Shown in pieces: positions 9,676 to 17,600 of a stretch of DNA of 45,494 nt (positions within the stretch are counted from its first letter, which is position 1; each line of letters opens with the position of its first letter). Made by a program: the position numbers and the translations under genes. Source of the stretch: Kiritimatiellia bacterium (GTDB lineage: Bacteria; Verrucomicrobiota; Kiritimatiellia; RFP12; UBA1067); contig JAFPNP010000097.1 in NCBI GenBank assembly GCA_017411125.1, positions 1 through 45,494 of the forward strand. The letters are read 5' to 3'. Below the pieces are notes generated by a model, which ran no database searches, was not told the DNA's origin, and saw only the letters and a list, made by a program, of their open reading frames with translations.

Positions 9676-10787
9676 TTCAACAGCCTCTCGACGAACTCGG
9701 CCCTTGCGCGTTCGAGGCGCTCGCCGAGACGGGCGTATGCGGAAGTGCGGACTGCATCCCAGTCGCCGCGGTCCCGCAACGCCGCCAGAACGCGCTCCGT
9801 CGCTTTGTCCCAATCACAGTCGTAGACGCTGCCAGCGACGGACTGGCCGAAGTTTGCGAGCCAGTTGGCGAGCTTCGACCCGCGCGCTATTCCGATGCCG
9901 GGCGTGCCTGCGTTTGCCGCGAGAATGAGCAGGTGCAGCCTGCTCGACAGTACCACGCTGCATCGCGCAGCTGCCTCAGTTACTGCTTCAGGGGTGACGC
10001 CCGGTATGCATTCCACGTCAAGACTTTTCTCGAGGAGAGCGCGGTCGGTCTTTACGTTCATCGGGATTCCGACAACCTTCGCTCCCGATGCACGGACGGC
10101 GGCGACCATGCGGCGGACGCCGTCCAGGTCCGCGACCTGCCGCTGGGTGGAAATGCAGAGCCCAAGAGTCGGTTGCGCGTCTGCGTCAGGCTTCGCAGCG
10201 CTCCCGCCGAGCATTATCGCAGTGTCGGCCGCCACGCCGGCGCCGGGGAAGCCCGTTGCCGCGAGCATTGCCGCGCTTTGCGGGTCGCGAAGCCAGACTC
10301 CGGCGCAGCGGGGAAGCACTCTGCCGATCCGGCGTGCAAGACGGCGCCGCAACAGGCGTTCGTACCAGCCGACGAGGCCGAGGCAGCGCAATACGAACCT
10401 CCGCTTCCCGGCCGCCTTGAAGAACACGGGGTTGAGTTCATCGTCCATCCCGACGCCCCACACGAACGTACGCACGCCTTCCCTTTGGGCGATTTCCAGA
10501 AGTCCGAGTCCGACGTGCGGATAGTCCGAAAGCCCGGTCGCGCCGCACCACACGTATGCGTCATGGCGCCTGACGGTTTCCGCAAAGCCGGAGAAACCGA
10601 CGTCGAGGAAACCGAACGGCGGCGCCACGTCCACGCCGAGCCGTTCCGCCGTCGCGGCATCCGCCGTCGCCACTGTCAGCGCGACGCCAGGAAGAGACTC
10701 TTTCAGCATCTTCACGACGCAGGCGATTATCGCTTCGTCGCCGATGTTGTCGCAGCCAAGGGGTATTCCGCCGAGAAGGATTTTCAT
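9672..10787 (-). CDS. Polysaccharide pyruvyl transferase family protein (CsaB/WcaK-like)
   Basis: Trimmed to ATG 10787 (MKILLGGIPLGCDNIGDEAII...). The GCDNIGDEAI N-terminal motif and C-terminal SSRLHLLILA are typical of PS_pyruv_trans. ATGA overlaps at both ends. Confidence 0.75.
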   Translation of the reverse strand: MKILLGGIPLGCDNIGDEAIIACVVKMLKESLPGVALTVATADAATAERLGVDVAPPFGFLDVGFSGFAETVRRHDAYVWCGATGLSDYPHVGLGLLEIAQREGVRTFVWGVGMDDELNPVFFKAAGKRRFVLRCLGLVGWYERLLRRRLARRIGRVLPRCAGVWLRDPQSAAMLAATGFPGAGVAADTAIMLGGSAAKPDADAQPTLGLCISTQRQVADLDGVRRMVAAVRASGAKVVGIPMNVKTDRALLEKSLDVECIPGVTPEAVTEAAARCSVVLSSRLHLLILAANAGTPGIGIARGSKLANWLANFGQSVAGSVYDCDWDKATERVLAALRDRGDWDAVRTSAYARLGERLERARAEFVERLLK

Positions 10788-11770
10788 TGTTTGCCTCCGT
10801 GCCACGTGGCGATCTCGCAGAGCGGAACGCGCGGGGACGCGGCAATGTCGAACTCGTCCGGCGGGATTCCGCACGCAATCACCTGGACAATTGCTTCGTT
10901 CGCCGGTATTCCGAGCAGCGCGTGCGCGGTCCGGTCTGTTTCCGGCGAGACGCTCCAGTGCAGGATGCAGTGCGCCACGCCGCAGTAGTGCAGGGCGTAG
11001 CAGAGGTTCATGACGAATATGCCGCCGTTGACGTAGCAGTCGTGGCGTTCCCAGCCCCAGCGGACGGCGGAGAGGTCCGCCGTGACGACCAGCACCTTGT
11101 CGGCGTCCTGCCCGAAGCCGCGCGTTCCGCCCTGCAAGGCGAAAAGCCTGTCGCGCAGGGCTGCGTCGTCGAACACGTGGACATGCGCGTGCTGGCGGTT
11201 GCATGCGCTCGGCGCGGTCGCCGCAATGGCCAAGGCGGCCTCGAGAACCTTTCGCGGAACGGGCTTTGCGAAGTGCCGGACGACGTGCCGCGATGACGCG
11301 AACTGCGGGAAGGGCGCGTCTTTCGCGGCGAAGAACTCCGCCTTCGTCACGTGCGGCTGCACCGCTGCCGGAACGTCGGGATGTTTCGCGAGGAACGCGT
11401 CGAGGCGCGGCATTGGACTTCCTTTGTGCATTTCGCGGTATGCGCGCAGCACGCCGACGGCATGGCGCACCTGCGCGTCGTCTGCGCCGAACCGCATTTC
11501 GAACGCGCCGATCAGGTTTGCCAGATGCACGGCGGCGTTCTTTCCAAAGCCGAGGCGGCGGTGCGGCATGGTGAGACCCTTTTCCAGTACGTGGTATCCC
11601 ATCGTGATTTCAGCGCGCGCGGCGGCCTTCCTGTCGAGGTGTAGCGCACCGGCGTGGGCGAGGAACTGGCGCATGTCGTACCGGAACGCTTTTCGAGCCT
11701 CGCGCCGCACTTTGACGCGGAGCAATGCCGAGAGCAGCGACCTTTTCAACTGTTTGAGTGCCTCGATCAC
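10784..11770 (-). CDS. Nitroreductase-family protein with a ~130-aa N-terminal extension
   Basis: Only the 3' 329 codons of track ORF 10784..13741 look like protein. The proposed GTG start at 11770 overlaps the GH9 stop (GTGA). Later in-frame Met codons (MRQFLAH, MGYHVLEKG) are alternative starts. Core motifs: SSRHVVRHFAKPVP...APSACNRQ...GGIFVMNLCYALHYCGVAHCIL. Confidence 0.65.
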   Translation of the reverse strand: MIEALKQLKRSLLSALLRVKVRREARKAFRYDMRQFLAHAGALHLDRKAAARAEITMGYHVLEKGLTMPHRRLGFGKNAAVHLANLIGAFEMRFGADDAQVRHAVGVLRAYREMHKGSPMPRLDAFLAKHPDVPAAVQPHVTKAEFFAAKDAPFPQFASSRHVVRHFAKPVPRKVLEAALAIAATAPSACNRQHAHVHVFDDAALRDRLFALQGGTRGFGQDADKVLVVTADLSAVRWGWERHDCYVNGGIFVMNLCYALHYCGVAHCILHWSVSPETDRTAHALLGIPANEAIVQVIACGIPPDEFDIAASPRVPLCEIATWHGGKQ

Positions 11771-13896
11771 GGCAGCACCCAGTATCCCGGAAGTTCGCGC
11801 AGGTCGTCCGCCGGCGCGGGACGAGGCTGCGGGCGCGATTCGCTGGGCTTTGCGAGGTAGCCGGTGACGCTTGCCGCCGGGGCGATCGTCTCCCATACGG
11901 TATACTCGCTCGCCGCGACGGTCAGGCTTTCCATGTTGCCCCAGCGCCGCCATATCGGCCACTTGGAGGCGCGCGATTTGTCGCCGCCGAATACGGCGTC
12001 CGTCATCCTCCACGGAAGACCGTATGTCCAGCGGTACGGCGTGATGCCGGGCACGTATTCCGCAATGCCGTCCACGTATGACGGCAGATCGAGGAACGTT
12101 ACGGGATAGACCTTTCCGAGGCCGCTCGTGAGGGTGGTGCCCTGCGGATTGCAGCCGTTGTGGAAATCGTTCGCCAGCGAGGCTGCGGCAAGGTACTTGG
12201 CATCGCCGGTGATGCCGTGCGCGGCGACGAGGTATTGGGCTCGCCTGAGGGGGTGGGAGTTTCCCCACGACATCGCGTGAACATGGCCCGTTCCTGGCGC
12301 ATGCCACGGTGCGCGGTACGCATACGCGGAAGCAATCTGGCCGCAGACGTCGTCGGCGGATTTCAACACGCGTCTTTCCCAGTCTTTCAGCAGACCGGAG
12401 CATCGTTCTGGGAGTTCGCACGTCCGTTCGGCGGCGAAAAGCAGCGGCGGCAGACGCCATGCGGCCTTGGCGATCCCTTGCGTAAGCGTTGCTTTGTCGC
12501 GCATGGCTTCTTCGAGGTAGCGTTCGTCGCCGGTGAGGTTGTAAAGGTTTATCGCCGCCTTCAGCAGGTATTCCGCCGGAAGTTCGCGGTCTTCCGTCCA
12601 GTGGACGAGCGAGGTCTTCGTGAAGAACTTGAACTTGCGCGTCTTGATCTCGAAGATGTCCGACTGCGGTTTCGTGCTTAGGGCGAAATCCCACGCCCGC
12701 TTCGCGGACTCGAGGTATTTGCCCCGGTACGACGGATGGCAGCGCGCGAGAAGCGCGGCATGGGCCGCGTACATCAGGGAACTGCGCCTCGTGGCGCGGG
12801 AGAGCGCGTAGGGCATTTCGTCCTTGTCGGCCACGTTGCCCGGGCCGGGATGCCCGACGCTTTCGACCCACGTGCCCACGCCGCCGTCTTGTTGCTGTCC
12901 GGCGAGAAGGTGGCGAAGTCCCCATTCCGCCTCGTCGAGGATGTCGGGCACGCCGTTGGAGTTTTCGGGGATGGCGAGTTGTCCGTCGCGGAAGTTTTTC
13001 GGTCGCATGAGATACGCGGCGCACAGGTCGTTCACCACGTTGAAGTGCATCGGGCGGCGGTCGTAGTCGGCGGCGTCGTGCCATCCTCCGGAAAGTCTGA
13101 GGCGTTCGCCGTGCTTCCAGTCGGTGTTGTGGCGGATGATGTCGAACCATCTTACTTTCGGTTCGAGCGTCCCCTCGTCCGGAGCAAAGGTGCCGCGCAC
13201 GACGTCCGTGTGGCAGGCGCCGGAAGTCCAATGGGTGTATGGTTCTTCTTTCGCGATGCCGCAGCGCTTTTGGTAAAGGCCGCCCATGTGGACGCGGAAT
13301 GCGTCTTCCGCCGCAGAAGCCGCGATTCGGAATTCCTCGCTGCGCCCCACTCCGGGAACGCGTACGAAGTACGTGCCTTCGTTGGTGATGGATGAGAAGT
13401 CCATCTCGTACGTGTCTTCGCCCGTGAACAGCGTTCCTTCTTTCGTGAACGCATCGTGCACCCGCAGGGCTGGAGGCGACTTGCTTTCGAACGCCACCGT
13501 GCCGTCGTCCGCCCGGACGAGCTGCCATCCTTCCATCGGCTTCCGCGGCTTCCATGCGCCGAGCTTTGGACCGAGCCATGCTCCGGCGTAGGCGAACTTG
13601 GGGGCGTCGGGAAGGTATCCGACCTGGTTCACCTTGAAAAGCGGGCTGGGCTTGGAAGGGTCGTATTCTGCGAACGGAGCGTCCTGTACGCGGAATGCGG
13701 CATGGACTACGCGCGGCTTCCACTTGCCCCATTCCGCGCAAGGGTCGGCGAGACCCTGCGGGACGGGCCAGTAGCCGGGTTCATGCGCCAGTTTGCGTCC
13801 TGCGGCCGGATCGTCCGTCTGGTATGCGCACGTGTACGGATCCAGAAACCGCATCAGCGCGGCGGCGAAAGGTAGTATTGCGGAGAAACACGTCAT
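11767..13896 (-). CDS. Glycoside hydrolase family 9 (endoglucanase-type) with an N-terminal CelD_N Ig-like domain
   Basis: FKVNQVGYLPDAPKFAY (CelD_N pattern), then the GH9 signature region LSGGWHDAADYDRR (compare GGWYDAGDH) and DILDEAEWGLRHLL. 709-aa ORF with normal composition. Confidence 0.8.
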   Translation of the reverse strand: MTCFSAILPFAAALMRFLDPYTCAYQTDDPAAGRKLAHEPGYWPVPQGLADPCAEWGKWKPRVVHAAFRVQDAPFAEYDPSKPSPLFKVNQVGYLPDAPKFAYAGAWLGPKLGAWKPRKPMEGWQLVRADDGTVAFESKSPPALRVHDAFTKEGTLFTGEDTYEMDFSSITNEGTYFVRVPGVGRSEEFRIAASAAEDAFRVHMGGLYQKRCGIAKEEPYTHWTSGACHTDVVRGTFAPDEGTLEPKVRWFDIIRHNTDWKHGERLRLSGGWHDAADYDRRPMHFNVVNDLCAAYLMRPKNFRDGQLAIPENSNGVPDILDEAEWGLRHLLAGQQQDGGVGTWVESVGHPGPGNVADKDEMPYALSRATRRSSLMYAAHAALLARCHPSYRGKYLESAKRAWDFALSTKPQSDIFEIKTRKFKFFTKTSLVHWTEDRELPAEYLLKAAINLYNLTGDERYLEEAMRDKATLTQGIAKAAWRLPPLLFAAERTCELPERCSGLLKDWERRVLKSADDVCGQIASAYAYRAPWHAPGTGHVHAMSWGNSHPLRRAQYLVAAHGITGDAKYLAAASLANDFHNGCNPQGTTLTSGLGKVYPVTFLDLPSYVDGIAEYVPGITPYRWTYGLPWRMTDAVFGGDKSRASKWPIWRRWGNMESLTVAASEYTVWETIAPAASVTGYLAKPSESRPQPRPAPADDLRELPGYWVLP

Positions 13897-13903
13897 GCGC
13901 GAT

Positions 13904-14458
13904 TCACTCCTTCAGCATTCCCTCGGGCATTTCTCTTCCCCATATTTCGCGGTATCTGGCGCGCAGCACGGCCTGGTGTATTTCCTTCACCATCTTGTTC
14001 GTGACGAAACCTTTGCGCGCCGTGTCGGTGTAATAGCTCGCCACGAGTCCCTTTTTCTTCAACGAGTCGATGTTGTTCTCTTCGTATTTTCGCAGGAGCA
14101 ATCCGCCTTCGCCCTCGCCGATGAAGGCAAACGGACGGTGGCCTTCGTGATGGTACTTGAAGTACCACTTCAGCGCGCGCTCCATGTCGTCCTCGTTAGC
14201 GACGAGCGGGGAGAACACGCGCGCCACCTTGCTGAAGCGGTTCTTGCCGACTTCCGATTCGGCGTAATGCTGCATTATCGGAACGTGCGCCAGATTGAGA
14301 TAGAGGTCGTTCTGGACATATATGACATCTGCCGGGATGGCGAAGGCGCGCGTGGGATCTTCGCGGATCAGCCAGTTGTCGAGATGGTCGTAGGGCGAAG
14401 TCGACGAGCATCCGGCCAGCATGGCGGCAGCCATGTATGTCGCTAGTATCTTTCTCAT
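13904..14458 (-). CDS. Lipoprotein, DUF3089-like (alpha/beta-hydrolase-related) with an atypical GEGEG in the nucleophile-elbow position
   Basis: Lipobox MRKILATYMAAAMLAGC|S. ADVIYVQ...ARVFSPLV...GHRPFAFIGEGEGGLLL resembles DUF3089 as I recall it (low confidence on family). ATGA overlap with the upstream FGE-like gene. Confidence 0.55.
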   Translation of the reverse strand: MRKILATYMAAAMLAGCSSTSPYDHLDNWLIREDPTRAFAIPADVIYVQNDLYLNLAHVPIMQHYAESEVGKNRFSKVARVFSPLVANEDDMERALKWYFKYHHEGHRPFAFIGEGEGGLLLRKYEENNIDSLKKKGLVASYYTDTARKGFVTNKMVKEIHQAVLRARYREIWGREMPEGMLKE

Positions 14459-15699
14459 TTTTCGGAACTTGCGATTCTAAAACCGTATATTGCGTTGCGG
14501 AGGGCGGGATCGCGTTTCAGACGGTACGCGGAACGGCAGTCGCGGGCGTAGAAGAACCAGCACCCGCCGCGCAGCACCCGGAACGTCCCGACAGGCGGTC
14601 CCTTCGGATCGACGGACTGTGCGTCCGCCTTGCCGAACCAGTCCGCGCACCATTCGAGCACGTTTCCGTGCATGTCGTAGAAGCCCCATGCGTTGGCCTG
14701 GTTCTTGCCGACGGAGTGCGTCCGGCTGTCGCTGTTGGCGTCGTACCACGCCATTTCGTCGAGCGTGCCGCTGCCCGACACCGCCGCGCCGCTTCCGGCC
14801 CGGCAGGCATACTCCCATTCAGCCTCCGTTGGAAGGCGCACCTTGCACGGAAGGACGGCGTTCGCCTTGTGGATGAACTCCTGGCAGTCTTCCCACGAAA
14901 CGCTCTCTACGGGGAAGTCGTCGCCCTTGAACCGCGCCGGGTTGGATCCCATCACGCTCTGCCACTGGTGCTGCGTCACTTCGTACTTTCCGAGCCAGAA
15001 GCCCTTCGTGAGCGTGACGCGGTGAAGCGGTTCGTCTTCGAAACGTCCGACTTCCGTGGCAGGACTCCCCATCATGAAGGTGCCCGGTTCGCACCATATC
15101 ATCTCCATTGCGGCGCCGCCCGGAAGCGTGATCGTTTTGGTCTTGCCCGACGTCGGGAGTCCGACGGTTTTTGCCGCGCCGCCCTTGGCGCCGGCCATCA
15201 CGAACTCCATGCGGCCGAAGTCGCGCACGGGAGCGGAAAGAAACGTCGCCATGTCGGGGAAAGCCGGCGCCGCGCCGTCAACGCGCACTGTCGCGCATTT
15301 ACCGCCCTTTCCGCCGTCCAGCGCGAATGGTACGTCGCATATCGAAACGAGCGCACCGTCCGCGGAGAACGTGAAGGAGTGTTCCGGCATCTCATCGTCT
15401 CTGGCCACAAACGCATTCACGGCTTCCATGGCGTCGCGGACCGTAACCAGCTGGCCTCCCTTCGCGCCTCCGGAACGCGGGAAGCGACGCCGCACTTTCC
15501 ATGGGGAAAGATGCTTCACATCGCCGAAATCCACTGCGAATTCAGTGACGGGATTCCTTTGTGCCGCAGTGTCTGCAACGATAATGGCCGCAGCCGCGGC
15601 CTGCGCGCTCCCGTTGCGCGCCTCGGCGGTGATTGCGACCGCCGCGGTCGCGCAAGCGAACGCAATTTTTGTCCAGCATGGCGTATGCATTTTTCCCAC
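14455..15699 (-). CDS. Formylglycine-generating-enzyme (FGE/SUMF1)-domain protein, exported
   Basis: The C-terminal ~230 aa carry the FGE-sulfatase pattern (PLHRVTLTKGFWLGKYEVTQHQW..., RLPTEAEWEYACRAGS, NAWGFYDMHGNVLEWCADW, RVLRGGCW). Signal-like IAFACATAAVAITAEA. The track start 15699 is GTG; ATG 15690 (MHTPCW...) is an equally good start. Confidence 0.8.
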   Translation of the reverse strand: MGKMHTPCWTKIAFACATAAVAITAEARNGSAQAAAAAIIVADTAAQRNPVTEFAVDFGDVKHLSPWKVRRRFPRSGGAKGGQLVTVRDAMEAVNAFVARDDEMPEHSFTFSADGALVSICDVPFALDGGKGGKCATVRVDGAAPAFPDMATFLSAPVRDFGRMEFVMAGAKGGAAKTVGLPTSGKTKTITLPGGAAMEMIWCEPGTFMMGSPATEVGRFEDEPLHRVTLTKGFWLGKYEVTQHQWQSVMGSNPARFKGDDFPVESVSWEDCQEFIHKANAVLPCKVRLPTEAEWEYACRAGSGAAVSGSGTLDEMAWYDANSDSRTHSVGKNQANAWGFYDMHGNVLEWCADWFGKADAQSVDPKGPPVGTFRVLRGGCWFFYARDCRSAYRLKRDPALRNAIYGFRIASSEK

Positions 15700-15709
15700 T
15701 TTTGACTGT

Positions 15710-17539
15710 TCATTCAGAAATCACGGCGACCGTCTCGCCCTTTGCGACGGGGGCGCCGTGTTTGGCGACAAACGTTATTTTGCCCGACGCCGTAGCTTTG
15801 ATCGGGTTGAACAATTTCATGGCCTCGACGATGCACACCGGCTCGCCAGTCTTCACCGAGGCGCCGTCCGCCGCGAGTTCGGGCTTGCCGGGGCCCGCGC
15901 TGCGGTAGAACGTGCCGTTCAAAGGCGCCGTTACTGGCGTGCCTACGGGCGCGGAATCATTCGCTGCGGTTTCCGCCGGCGTCTCCGCAGGTTGATGCGC
16001 CGCTTCGGCATTGACAGCGGCGAGGTCGATCTTCGTGCCTCCGTATGCGGCCATGAGCGCGGCGAAGGCGCGGCCGATCTGCGCAAACTTCGCAGTCTCG
16101 GCGTCCGGCGCGGATGTCGGTGCGGCGTCGGGCGCGGACTTTTGCATTTCCACGTCGGCGGGAATGGGGTCTTTCGTGCCTTCCGGCTGCGCGCGCCACT
16201 TGAAGTAGCCAAGCGCGACCTCCGGGAACAGGCAGTAGGAAAGGATGTCTTCTTCCGCCTGTATCAGCTTGGCGGGTATCTCCTTTGCGGCTGCGGCGAG
16301 CCCTGGCTTAAGGAGATCGGCAGGACGGCAGGAAATTGTCTTGAGGTCGCCGGCGAGTTTCTTCTGCAATTTCTTTTCGATGGGCGCGGGAGTGCGGCCG
16401 TAGTAGCCGGCGGCGTAGCGTTTCGTTTCGTCGGTCACCATCGAATAGCGCTTGCCGGAAAGGACGTTGAGCACGCTCTGCACGCCGACGATCTGGCTCG
16501 TGGGCGTGACGAGGGGCGGATAACCCATGTCCGCGCGCGTTTTCGGCAGTTCGGCGAGCACTTCGGGGAGGCGGTCGAGCGCACCTTGCTGCGCGAGCTG
16601 GCTGCGGAGGTTCGATATCATTCCGCCCGGAATGGCGTGGACGAGCACTCCCGCATCGACCGGTTCGACCTTTGCGGACGACGCCGGCTGGCGCGTCTTC
16701 TTGAGTTCCTTGAAGTAGGCGTTTATCTCGGCGAGCTTCGACTGGTCGAGGCCGGTGGAGTAGCCTTCGCTTTCGAGGATGGTGACGATGCTCTCGCACG
16801 GCGGCTGCGAGCTGAAGCTGGACATCGTGGAGATGGCGCAGTCCACGCACCCCGCGCCCGCCTCAACGGCGGCGAGGTACATTGCCGCCGCCATGCCGCT
16901 GGTCATGTGGGAGTGGATCTGTATGGGCATGTCGGGCAGGGCCTTGGCGAGCGCGCCCACTAGAGCCCTGGCCGCGCCGGGGGTGAGTATGCCCGCCATG
17001 TCCTTGATGGCGAGGGAGTCGATGCCCATCGCCTCCTGCTCCTTGGCGAGCTTTACGTAGTTCTCCACGGTGTGGACGGGCGACGTGGTGTAGCATATCG
17101 TTCCCTGCGCATGGCCGCCGTACTTTTTCACGCTCGCGATCGCCTTCTCCAGGTTGCGCGGGTCGTTCAGCGCGTCGAACACGCGGAAGATGTCCATTCC
17201 GTTCTCGCAGGCGAGCGCCACGAAACGTTCCACGACGTCGTCGGGGTAGTGCTTGTAGCCGAGGATGTTCTGCCCGCGCAGCAACATTTGCAGAGGAGTG
17301 TTCTTGCACACGGCCTTGATCTGGCGCAGACGTTCCCACGGGTTCTCGCGCAGGAAGCGCATGCACACGTCGAACGTGGCGCCGCCCCAGCATTCGAGCG
17401 AATAGTAGCCAGCGGCGTCCACCTTCTCGGCGATCTTTAGAATGTCGTCAGTGCGCATGCGCGTGGCCCAGAGGGATTGGTGCGCGTCGCGCAGCGTCGT
17501 GTCCGTGATGCGGACTTTTTTCAGCGTGTCTTTTTCCAT
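15710..17539 (-). CDS. Biotin-dependent carboxyltransferase + biotinyl-carrier subunit (oxaloacetate decarboxylase alpha / pyruvate carboxylase subunit B type)
   Basis: Trimmed to ATG 17539 (MEKDTLKKVRITDTTLRDAHQSLWATRMRT..., the HMGL-like 5S carboxyltransferase start). C-terminal biotinylation motif CIVEAMKLFN. The 148 upstream codons of the track ORF overlap the divergent GT2 gene. Confidence 0.85.
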   Translation of the reverse strand: MEKDTLKKVRITDTTLRDAHQSLWATRMRTDDILKIAEKVDAAGYYSLECWGGATFDVCMRFLRENPWERLRQIKAVCKNTPLQMLLRGQNILGYKHYPDDVVERFVALACENGMDIFRVFDALNDPRNLEKAIASVKKYGGHAQGTICYTTSPVHTVENYVKLAKEQEAMGIDSLAIKDMAGILTPGAARALVGALAKALPDMPIQIHSHMTSGMAAAMYLAAVEAGAGCVDCAISTMSSFSSQPPCESIVTILESEGYSTGLDQSKLAEINAYFKELKKTRQPASSAKVEPVDAGVLVHAIPGGMISNLRSQLAQQGALDRLPEVLAELPKTRADMGYPPLVTPTSQIVGVQSVLNVLSGKRYSMVTDETKRYAAGYYGRTPAPIEKKLQKKLAGDLKTISCRPADLLKPGLAAAAKEIPAKLIQAEEDILSYCLFPEVALGYFKWRAQPEGTKDPIPADVEMQKSAPDAAPTSAPDAETAKFAQIGRAFAALMAAYGGTKIDLAAVNAEAAHQPAETPAETAANDSAPVGTPVTAPLNGTFYRSAGPGKPELAADGASVKTGEPVCIVEAMKLFNPIKATASGKITFVAKHGAPVAKGETVAVISE

Positions 17540-17546
17540 GGCGGTT

Positions 17547-17575
17547 ATTCTATCATATTGTGCAGCGGCGGTAAA
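17547..17575 (-). promoter_or_regulatory. Candidate promoter giving a leaderless or near-leaderless transcript of the 17539 gene
   Basis: On the minus strand: TTTACC (17575-17570), a 17-nt spacer, TAGAAT (17552-17547), then 7 nt to the A of ATG 17539. No Shine-Dalgarno sequence is visible (gaataaccgccATG). Confidence 0.35.
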
Positions 17576-17587
17576 GTGTGATATACT
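17558..17587 (+). promoter_or_regulatory. Candidate divergent promoter for the GT2 gene at 17601
   Basis: TTGTGC (17558-17563), an 18-nt spacer, TATACT (17582-17587), 13 nt before ATG 17601. No obvious SD. Confidence 0.3.
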
Positions 17588-17600
17588 TGTCCGCATAGAA

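Noticed and set aside
10784-13741. A 985-aa ORF taken at face value as one large protein. The same applies to the N-terminal extensions of ORFs 6483..8384, 7598..8809, 8668..9813, 9672..11204, 15710..17983, 28322..30289 and 33694..34764.
   Set aside because: The upstream parts are low-complexity Arg/Pro-rich sequence overlapping the preceding gene in another frame. In each case an internal start sits exactly at or overlaps the upstream stop (ATGA, GTGA or ATGGTAA) and yields a canonical N-terminus.
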